From Mobula hypostoma (lineage: Eukaryota), in assembly GCF_963921235.1 (NCBI RefSeq), contig NC_086097.1:101310001-101374000 (forward strand): a stretch of 64,000 nucleotides of DNA, in the 5' to 3' direction. This document shows positions 45,001 to 54,900 of the stretch, in pieces. The translations under genes were made by a program, and so were the position numbers. The notes below the pieces were generated by a model. That model was not told where the DNA came from, searched no databases, and was given only the letters and a program-made list of their open reading frames with translations. The number at the start of each line of letters is the position of its first letter. The first letter of the stretch is position 1.

Positions 45001-45010
45001 GTAATGCCCG
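1..45010. repeat. 32-bp-unit satellite array, ~1400 copies, G-rich on + strand; continues beyond the left edge
   Basis: Consensus GTGACTGGGATGTGATGTCCCAGGGGAGATG(T/G) repeats head-to-tail, with point variants and occasional 31/33-bp units. Minus-strand ORFs show the 32-aa period (HHIPVTHLPWDITSQSHISPGTSHPSHTSPLG) expected from three 32-bp units. The array ends abruptly near 45010. Confidence 0.98.
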
Positions 45011-45034
45011 GCGGCGGGGGTGGGGGGGGCGCGG

Positions 45035-45240
45035 TGTGGTGTCTAAAACATGGTGCCAGAGGAGGTGGGGGTGGAAGCAGATACAACAGCCAAGTTTGAA
45101 ACGCATTTTGACTGGCATATCGACTGGCAGTGACATCAACTGGCACATCAACTGGCAAGGATATCGACTGGCAGGGGCATCGACTGGCACATCGACTGGC
45201 AGGAACATCGACTGGTAGGGGATGGAGGGATACAGTCCAT
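45035..45240 (+). mobile_element. Degenerate CR1-type LINE 3' end remnant abutting the 32-bp satellite
   Basis: GTGCCAGAGGAGGTG..GTGGAAGCAGATACAACAGCCAAGTTTGAAACGCATTTTGAC..GGGATGGAGGGATACAG resembles the CR1 ORF2 C-terminus (LPEEVVEADT..FKRHLD) and the start of the 3' UTR. It is similar to the CR1 pieces at 47503-47564 and ~49380-49450. Confidence 0.55.
45110..45217 (+). repeat. Small minisatellite: 8 copies of RACTGGYA with 4- or 8-nt spacers ending in ATC (12/16-bp period)
   Basis: Read directly: gactggca-tatc, gactggca-gtgacatc, aactggca-catc, aactggca-aggatatc, gactggca-ggggcatc, gactggca-catc, gactggca-ggaacatc, gactggta. Confidence 0.85.
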
Positions 45241-46250
45241 TCACTCAGTATCACGATTGTCCCGCTGGTCTACTGTAAGTTTGGGTAACTTCTTTAACCG
45301 CAGGGTCACGCTGTAAAGTTCCTGCAGCGCATTGTACAGGGAAATTAACCTTTCTCTGATTTGCAAAAGGGTTCATTTCAGTTTTGCTGATTAGGGGATG
45401 TGATAAACGCTGAAAGGAAAGGCACTTTCCAGTAACCACACTGAGCTGGCCAAGGCCAAGAGATTATTCACTCAGTTTCATTACTTCGATGGGCTCCATT
45501 TATATATTGATTTCTAATATAATTTAATTTAGCATTTCACTTAAATCAATTGACTCATTGCTCCTGCCCGTCCCACAGCTCACCAACACTCAATGTAATT
45601 AACTGAATGGTTGTGTTCACTGCACTGTGCACCACGGAATGAATTGCTTTTAGATAGATTAAACAGGCCATCAAAATTCATCAGTTCTGAGTTGTGACAT
45701 TGCAGGAAACGTGGATCCTGCGTATCAGAGTACAGTGCCAGGGTGCTGGCTCCAGCTACTCTCTGAACCCACAACCTCAACACCACTCCCAAGGTGATTG
45801 AAACATTCCGGAGATCTCTGTCCTCCCCCCCCCCCACCCCAGCCACTTGTGGGGTCTCTGACCCCTTCTCTCAGCCACTCCCAGAATCTCTCCCCTCCCC
45901 AGCACCCTGCACCCTGCCAACTCCTGTGATGTTTGACCCCACTCAGTCACTCCTGAAATAAGGCAGTCTGACAACTAAACGGAGACCCACTTCCTTCTGA
46001 TCCTGAAGCAGACTTCAGCAAATTACTGCAGCCTATTCCACAACTTGACCTGCTGTGTCCGCAACAATTCTAATTTATTGATGTTCTGCAGTGAAGGCCA
46101 ATCCTTTCACACAGATGACAGAACACAATGACACTGTAGGTCAAGATGGACAAGGATTACTGAGATTAACAGGGCACAGGACATTGATCTAAAGCTGTTG
46201 CCTCAGCAAGATACCCAATGGCCTCTGAATCATAAACTGCATGACACTAC

Positions 46251-46519
46251 AGATTTACTTGGATTCAAGGGCCTCCAGAGGTTGGGCAGGTGAAGTCTTT
46301 ATTCCTTGGAATATGTTACTTGATGGGTCACCTCACAGAAGTGCATAAAATCGTGAGGGAGGGGCAGTGGGAGAGTGAATTCACACCATCGTTTCCTCAG
46401 GGTGGGGAACCAAACACGAGAGAGCAAGTATTTAAGATGAGAGGTTGAAGATTTAAGAGAGACCTGAGGGCAATTTTATCACGCAGAGAGTGGTGTGTAT
46501 ATGAAATCAGCTGTCAGAG
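46251..46519 (+). mobile_element. Old CR1 LINE 3' fragment, piece 1 of an element split by later insertions
   Basis: Decayed DNA matches CR1 ORF2 C-terminal motifs (ERLGRL.LYSLE, DL.EV.KI.RG, FK.RG.RFKRDLRG, TQRVV.IWN.LPE). It breaks at CTGTCAGAG (46519) and resumes as GAAGTGGTAGAGGC at ~47504. Confidence 0.7.
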
Positions 46520-47502
46520 TCAGGGAGTCATAGAAAAGTACAGCACAGAAACAGGCCCTTCAGCCCATCTATCTGTGCCAAACCATTTTAACTGCCTTCT
46601 CCCATCAACCTGCACCAAGACCATAGCCCTCCAAACCCCTACCATCCATGTACTTATCCAAACTTCTCTTAAAACGTTGAAATCGAGTTTGTATGTGCTG
46701 GCAGCTCGTTTCACACTCTCATGACCCTCTGAGTGAAGAAGATTCCCCCATGTTCCCCTTGAACTTTTCACCTTTCATCCTTAACCCATGACCTCTAGTT
46801 GTAGTCTAATCCAAGCTCAGTGATAAAAGCCAACTTGCACTTACCCTGTCTATACCCCTCATTCCTCCAAGAGGACCACAACCTTGTTGTGGTTTGGAGG
46901 TCTATGTGTGCCTCAGTGACCTGGAGAGCTACGGTGGCTGGAGTCAGGGTTTTATGATCTGGCTCTTGGTAGGGCCATCCATACCAAACAGGTCAAAGGG
47001 CAGAGGCCTGACTAAGAGCGGTTCAGCTTAGTTTGGGGGTTCAGCTCAGGGCTAACAACCCTGTTATGGAAACAAAACTGTTATGGAAACAGCAATGAAA
47101 AATCCTTCTACACCTGTGTGTGATGGTATTCCTGAGTCTCCACCCAGAACTGGCATGACTGACGGTAGTGAAAACCAAGCTACTGACACAATGAAGGAAG
47201 GCCTGGATACCACCAGAGATGGAGGATCTTCATGCTGCCCCAAATGCCAGAGGTGTTACAGGCAGGAGAGTAGATACCCCTCATAATTTTGTACACCTCT
47301 ATCAAATCTACCCTCAATTTTCTACGTTCCAAGGAACAAAGTCCTAACCTATTCAATGTATCCTCATAACTCAGGTCCTCCAGACCCGGCAACATCCTTG
47401 TAAATTTTCTCTGTACTCCTTCAGCCTTATTTATAGTTTCCTGTAGGTAGGTGATCACAGTTGCACACAATACTCCAAATTAAGCCTCACAAATGTCCTA
47501 TA
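46516..47502 (-). mobile_element. 5'-truncated CR1 LINE inserted antisense into the older CR1, itself interrupted at 46863-47273
   Basis: ORF 47180..47470 gives EGVQRKFTRMLPGLEDLSYEDTLNRLGLCSLERRKLRVDLIEVYKIMRGI, a typical CR1 ORF2 C-terminus. The 3' UTR ends GAAGGGCCTGTTTCTGTGCTGTAC..CTATGACT (minus strand) at ~46516-46565. Confidence 0.88.
46863..47273 (+). mobile_element. ~411-bp non-autonomous retroelement, probably RTE-derived (bipartite SINE-like), with an 11-bp target-site duplication
   Basis: Flanked by an exact direct repeat ATACCCCTCAT (46852-46862 and 47274-47284) that duplicates host CR1 sequence. The 5' part resembles RTE/BovB-type 5' UTRs (CCACAACCTTGT..GGTAGGGCCATCC..CAGGTCAAAGGG). 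The 3' part resembles an RTE ORF end (AGATGGAGGATCTTCATGCTGCCC, RWR.F..AL-like). The insertion is seen directly; the family call is from memory. Confidence 0.75.
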
Positions 47503-47564
47503 GGAAGTGGTAGAGGCGAGTAAAGTAGCAACATTTAAATAACTTTCGGTTAAGTGCATGGATA
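47503..47564 (+). mobile_element. Old CR1 LINE, piece 2
   Basis: GAAGTGGTAGAGGCGAGTAAAGTAGCAACATTTAAA..TGCATGGATA reads EVVEA...ATFK......MD and directly continues piece 1. Confidence 0.65.
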
Positions 47565-48347
47565 TCAGAATCAGGTTTATCATGTGACTTGAAATTTGTT
47601 AACTTAGCAGCAGCAGTTCAATGCAATACATAATATAGAAGAGAAAAAAAAATAAATAAAATAGAAATCGTAATAAGTAAATCAATTACACTATACATAT
47701 ATTGAATAGATTAAAAATCATGCAAAAAACAGAAATACTGTTCATTAAAAAAAAGTGAGGTAGTGTCAAAGGGTTCAATGTCTATTCAGGAATCGGATGG
47801 CAGAGAGGAAGAAGCTGTTCCTGAATCGCTGAGTGTGTGCCTTCAGGCTTCTGTACCTCCTACCTGATGGTAGCAGTGAGAAAAGGGCATGCCCTGGGTG
47901 CTGGAAGACCTTAATAATGGTTGCTGCCTTTCTGAGACTCCGCTCCTTGAAGATGTCCTGGGTACTTTGTAGGCCAGTTTCTAAGATGGTGCTGATTAAA
48001 TTTACAATCCTCTGCAGCTTCTTTCGATACTGTGCAGTAGCCCTCCCATACCAGACAGTGATGCAGCCTGTCAGAATGCTCTCCACGGTAATCTATAGAA
48101 GTTTTTGAGTGTATTTGTTGACATACCAAATCCCTTCAAACTCCTAATGAAGTATAGCCGCTGTCTTGCCTTCTTTATGATTACATTGATATGTTGGGAC
48201 CAGGTGAGATCCTCAGAGATCTTGATACCCAGAAACTTGAAACTGCTCACTCTCTCCACTTCTGATCCCTCTATGAGGATTGGTGTGTGTTCCTTCGTCT
48301 TACCCTTCCTGAAGTCCACAACCAGCTCTTTCATCTTACTGACATTT
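47565..48347 (-). mobile_element. 5'-truncated Rex1/Babar-like LINE (RT C-terminus, DUF1891-type region, 3' UTR), frameshifted
   Basis: ORF 48071..48373 (LNVSKMKELVVDFRK..ERVSSFKFLGIKISEDLTWSQH..KKARQRLYFIRSLK) and ORF 47775..48086 (ESILTGCITVWYG..HPGHALFSLLPSGRRYRSLKAHTQRFRNSFF.SAIRFLN) are joined by a frameshift near 48085. The minus-strand tail ends ATAAACCTGATTCTGA at ~47565. Confidence 0.88.
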
Positions 48348-48450
48348 AAAGGATATGGGCCAAACATGGGCAAATGGAACTAGACTGGTGAGGTGGCCAG
48401 CATGGACCATTTAGGGACAAAGGGCCTGTTTCTGTGCCATACTATTCTAT
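48345..48450 (+). mobile_element. Old CR1 LINE, piece 3 (3' UTR)
   Basis: GGATATGGGCCAAA..GGCAAATGGAACTAG..AGCATGGAC..AAGGGCCTGTTTCTGTGC..CTAT is the same 3' UTR end seen on the minus-strand CR1 at ~46530-46570. Confidence 0.7.
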
Positions 48451-48683
48451 TCATTTGATAATGCATGAACCAGGCAGTGTTTGTTTTTGTTAGAATTGTG
48501 AGAGTGAGAAAGCCAGGATAAAATTCAACTAGAGCACTTGACTTCTCTCGAAGAGATACATCAAATACAGATTATCACTCAGGATACTCAGCCATGATTT
48601 TAACTGTCAAGTTCCAGTTGTGTAAAATCTGAAAGAATGGTAGATTTGTTCGAGTACTTACTGTTTCTGAATCTGACTCTAAA

Positions 48684-48865
48684 AGATTCATTCTGAAGGG
48701 GAAGACAGAGGTTGTGTGGGAAGGAATAGAGTGAGCCCACGCCTGTGGTGAAATGTTGGGCAGGGAGAGTTAACAGATTCATTCTGAAGGGGAAGACAGA
48801 GGTTGTGTGGGAAGGAATAGAGTGAGCCCACGCCTGTGGTGAAATGTTGGGCAGGGAGAGTTAAC
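48684..48865. repeat. Exact 91-bp tandem duplication
   Basis: AGATTCATTCTGAAGGGG..GGGAGAGTTAAC occurs at 48684-48774 and 48775-48865 with no difference I can see, followed by AGA microhomology. Confidence 0.95.
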
Positions 48866-49530
48866 AGAGTGGAAGTATTTAGATTTTACAAGGTTGTTTG
48901 ACAAGGTGCCACATGTGCATATATTAAGAGCTCATTGTATTGGAGGAAGTCTGTCAGCACGGATTGAAAATGTGGATTAACCCAGGGAACAAGCAGACAC
49001 TCTAATTGGTAGGCAGGTAAAGAAGGCACATGATATTTTTGTTTTTATTAGTTTTCAAGAGTCAGGAAGTTATGTTGCAGTTCTATAGAACAATGGTCAG
49101 GCCGCGTCTGGAGTCTTGTTCTTAGTTCCTGTTCCCCCAATCTGGGAAGGATGTGGAGGTTCTGAAGGGGATGCAGAAGAGGTTTAGCAGGGAACTGTCT
49201 GGATTAGAGAGCGTGCACTCTAATGAGAGGCTAGACAATCTAGGGTTGTTTTCTCTGGAGTGGTAATCTGATAGAAGTGCATGCAATTGTGAGAGGCATA
49301 GACGGAATAAAGAGTCGGTGTCTTTTTCCCAGGGTAGAAATGTCTAATTCCAGAGATGCCTGGCATGTGCCACTGGGGTGGTACTGGAGATGTTTAAGGG
49401 GCTCTTAGACAAGAACATAAATATGCAGGAAATGAAGGAAAATGGACCGTGTGCAGGCAGAGGGATTTTGTGTCATTAGCCTAATTAGTTTGGAACAAGA
49501 CAGTGGGTTGGAGTGCTGTACTGTTCTGAG
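48866..49530 (+). mobile_element. Heavily deleted CR1 LINE ORF2/3' UTR remnant
   Basis: TATTTAGATTTTACAAGGTTGTTTGACAAGGTGCCACAT reads YLDF...FDKVPH (CR1 RT motif). This is followed by VMLQFYRTMVRP.LE, QKRF.R...GLE, ERLDNLGLFSLE, LFPRVEMSN.R, and a 3' end GTGCTGTACTGTTCT. Confidence 0.8.
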
Positions 49531-49689
49531 GGAAATCTGAGGTGTCACAGGAAGCAAGGTGAATGGGAAGGAAAGAGTTGGAGTTTGTAGGGGGATTCAT
49601 AGGTACCAGGAAAGAGTGGCAGGGTGAAACAGACCTCTGTATCAGCCCTAAGCGGCCTTTCCACTCTAAACCCACAGCGCCCTGCTTCA

Positions 49690-49962
49690 GTTTATTTTGT
49701 TGATTTACTGAGATACAGTGTGGAATTGGCCCTTCTGATCCCTCGAGCTGTGCTACCCAGCAACCCCCCAATTTAACCCTAGCCTAATCACGGGACAAGT
49801 TACAATGACCAATTAACCTGCCAACAGGTACATCTTTGGACTGTGGGAGGAAACTCACGTGGTCACGAGGAAAACGTACAAACTCCTTAAGGCAGTGACA
49901 GGAATTGAACCTGGTTTGCCTGTACTGTAAAGCGTTGTGCTAACCTCTATGCTACTGTACCT
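49690..49962 (-). mobile_element. tRNA-derived V-SINE (HE1-like) with a CR1-type tail
   Basis: The minus-strand head has an A-box-like TAGCATAGAGGTT (49954-49942) and a B box GGTTCAATTCC (49911-49901). The central domain is V-like (+ strand CTTTGGACTGTGGGAGGAAAC..CACG..AACGTACAAACTCC). The tail GAAGGGCCAATTCCACACTGTATCTC is followed by an A-rich end. Confidence 0.8.
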
Positions 49963-49971
49963 TGGATTTCA

Positions 49972-51308
<1,337 letters not shown>

Positions 51309-51937
51309 TTAGTCTCAGATTCAGCCAAGGTTGCAGAGTGGTGTGGAGTATGTCACGTAAACTGAGAGCCATTGACTCAATCTCCATACCACCTGTAAAT
51401 TACTGTAATTTACAATGACCTATTGTTGGGAGCAAAGTTATAACCAAAGACTTAGTGGGAGACTAAAAAACTCAAAAGGAGAATGAACTTGATTTTGAGA
51501 AAGAATTTGTGTGTTCAGAGAATGTAGGTACAACCCAGAAGATAATCAAATGTGAAGTGTGGAAAGTAGATAGTGAAGTGTTGCACTGATAAGATAAAAA
51601 AAGAGGGTGGGGTGGCTGGGATACAGAAGGTAGATTGAGTGGAGGAAGCAGGAAGGAGAGGGGGAGCGGAGGAGGAGAGAGGGTTATCAGAGTGGGAGAA
51701 ACTCATTCTCTATGCATTGTGCTGACTTGTGGTTGGCTTCAGATTCCAGCAGCAGCAGATTTTTTTTTCTATCTCCCTAACATCTTGGGCAGTTGGTTTG
51801 AGTACTTTGATATTCAACATTATTCCTTTGATTTTGTGTGACCAAGCCCTGAGAGTTTGGTACCATGCAGTGGGTAGCTTTGATCTCAGGGTAACAGACC
51901 AGCTCTTTAGTAACTGTGCTCTCTTTTCCTGGCTCTG

Positions 51938-54900
51938 ATGTTGGGGACATCGCCCCAGAATCCAGCTACTGCTTCGTGTTCAGTGCTGGGACATCACCCC
52001 GGAATCGAGCTCCTGCCTCATGGTCAGTGTTAGGATATCACTCTGAAATCAGCTCCTGTCTCATGGTCAGTGTTAGGACATCACACGAGAATCCAGCTCC
52101 TGCCTCATGGTCAGTGATACGGACATCACCCCAGAATCTAGCTCCTGCCTCGTGGTCAGTGATAGGGACATCACCCCAGAATCCAGCTCCTGTCTAATGG
52201 TCAGTGCTAGGACATCACCCCAGAATCCAGCTCCTGTCTTGTGGTCAGTGTCGGGACAGCACCCCAGAATCCAGCTCCTGTCTTGTGGTAAGTGTTGAGA
52301 CATCACACCAGAATCCAGATCCTGCCTCATGTTCAGTGTTGGGGACATCACCCCAGAATCCAACTCCTGCCTCATGGTCAGTGCTGGGACATCACCCCAG
52401 AATCCAGATCCTGTCTCATGGTCAGTGCTGGGACATCACCCCAGAATCCAACTCCTGTCTCATGGTCAGTGCTAGGACATGACCCCAGAATCCAGCTCCT
52501 GTCTCATGGTCAATGTTGGGGACATCACTCTGGAATCGAGCACCTGTCTCATGGCCAGTGCTAGGACCTCACCCCAGAATCCAGCTCCTGTCTTGTGGTC
52601 AGTGTTGGGACATCACCCCGAAATCCAGGTCCTGTCTCATGGTCAGTGCTGGGACAATACCCCAGAATCCAGCTCCTACCTCATGCTCAGTATTGGGACA
52701 TCACCCCAGAATCCAGCTCCTGCCTCATGGTCAGTGCTGGGATATCACCCCAGAATCCGGCTCCTGCCTCATGGTCAGTGATAGGGACATCACCCTAGAA
52801 TCCAGCTCCTGCCTCATGGTTAGTGCTAGGACATCACCCCAGAATCCAGCTCCTGTTTCATGGTCAATGTTGGGGACATCACTCTGGAATCCAGCTCCTG
52901 TCTCGTGGTCAGTGATAGGGACATCACCCCAGAATCCAGCTCCTCTCTCATGGTTAGTGCTAGGACATCACTCCGGAATACAGCTCCTGTCTCATGGTCA
53001 GTGTTGAGACATCACCCCAGAATTCAGCTCCTGTCTCATGGTTACTGCTGGGACATCACTCCGGAATCAGTTCCAGCCTCAAGATCAGTGCTGGGACATC
53101 ACCCCAGAATCCAGCTCCTGTCTCATGGTTACTGCTGGGACATCACTCCGGAATCAGTTCCAGCCTCAAGATCAGTGCTGGGACATCACCCCAGAATCCA
53201 GCTCCTGTCTCATGGTCAGTGCTAGGACATCACCCCAGAATCCAGCTCCTGCCTCGAGGTCAGTGTTGGAACATCACCCCAGAATCCAGCTCCTGTCTCA
53301 TGGTCGGTGCTGGGACATCACTCAGGAATCCAGCTCCTACCTCATGGTCAGTGATAGGGACATCACCCCAGAATCCAGCTCCTGTCTCATGGTCGGTGAT
53401 AGGGACATCACCCCAGAATCCAGCTCCTGTCTCATGGTCGGTGCTGGGACATCACCCAGGAATCCAGCTCCTGTCTCATGGTCGGTGCTGGGACATCACT
53501 CAGGAATCCAGCTCCTACCTCATGGTCAGTGATAGGGAAATCACCCCAGAATCCAGCTCCTGTCTCATGGTCAGTGCTGGGACATCACCCCAGAATCCAG
53601 CTCCTGTCTCATGGTTACTCCTGGGACATCACTCCGGAATCAGTTCCAGCCTCGAGATCAGTGCTGGGACATCACCCCAGAATCCAGCTCCAGCCTCATA
53701 GTCAGTGCTGGGACATCACCCCAGAATCCAGCTCCAGCCTCATGGTCAGTATTGGGGACATCACCCCAGAATCCAGCTCCTGCCTCGTGGTCAGTGTTGG
53801 GGACATCACCCCAGGATCCAGCTCCTGCCTCATGGTCAGTGCTGGGACATCACACCAGAATCCAGCTCCTGTCTCATGGTCAGTGATAGGGACATCACCC
53901 CAGAATCCAGCTCCTGTCTCCTGGTCAGTGCTAGGACATCACCCCAAATCCCAGCTCCTGCCTCGTAGTCAGTGCTGGGACATCACCCCAGAATCCAGCT
54001 CCTGCCTCATGGTCAGTGCTGGGACATCACCCCAGAATCCAGCTCCTGTCACATGGTCAGTGCTAGGACATCACCCCAAAAACCAGCTCCTGCCTCGTGG
54101 TCAGTGATAGGGACATCGCCCTAGAATCCAGCTCCTGTCTCATGGTCAATGTTGGGGACATCACTCCGGAATCCAGCTCCTGTCTCGTGGTCAGTGCTGG
54201 GACATCACTCAGGAATCCAGCTCTACCTCGTGGTCAGTGACAGGGACATCACCCCAGAATCCAGCTCCTGTCTCATGCTCGGTGCTGGGACATCACCCTG
54301 GAATCCAGCTCCTGCCTCGTGGTCAGTGATAGGGACATCACCCCAGAATCCAGCTCCTGTCTCATGATCAGTGCTAGGACAGCACCCTGGAATCCAGCTC
54401 TTGCCTCGTTGTCAGTGCTGGGACATCACCCGAGAATCCAGCTCCTGGTCAGTGCTAGGACATCACCCCAGAATCCAGCTCCTGCCTCATGATCAGTGCT
54501 AGGACATCACCCCAGAATCCAGCTCCTGCCTCATGGCCAGTGTTGAGACATCACTCCAGAATCCAGCTCCTGTCTCATGGTCAGTGTTGGGACATCACTC
54601 CAGAATCCAGCTCCTGCCTCATGGTCAGTGCTGGGTCATCACCCCGGATCCAGCTCCTGTCTCATGGTCAATGTTGGGGACATCACTCTGGAATCCAGCT
54701 CCTATGTCATGGTCAGTTCTGGGACATCACTCAGGAATCCAGCTCCTACCTCATGGGCAGTGATAGGGACATCAACCAAGAATCCAGCTCCTGTCTCATG
54801 GTCAGTGCTGGGACATCACCCCAGAATCCAGCTCCTGTCTCCTGGTCAGGCTAGGACATCACCCCAAAAACCAGCTCCTGCCTCGTGGTCAGTGATAGGG

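Noticed and set aside
1..45010. CRISPR-like array (32-bp palindromic repeat)
   Set aside because: Repeats are directly adjacent with no unique spacers, there are no cas genes, and the context is vertebrate.
45060..45125. Minus-strand peptide YASQNAFQTWLLYL as the next PLEKHD1 exon
   Set aside because: It only superficially resembles a PH C-terminal helix. The spacing does not fit, no suitable splice sites are seen, and the DNA is better explained as CR1.
733..45254. Dozens of long minus-strand ORFs resembling mucin or His/Pro-rich proteins
   Set aside because: The unit is 32 bp, not a multiple of 3, so all frames give the same permuted peptide. Indels and stops are scattered and there are no gene signals. 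These are satellite artefacts.
49895..49962. tRNA gene
   Set aside because: The A/B boxes belong to the SINE head, and no complete cloverleaf is evident.
51600..51770. Possible Penelope-like remnant (purine-rich tract, CAGATTCCAGCAGCAGCAGATTTT)
   Set aside because: Too short and degenerate to call without a library search.
51635..51841. ORF containing EYFDIQH, loosely like PLEKHD1 KYFNIHPK
   Set aside because: It is on the wrong strand, and there is no similarity beyond a few residues.
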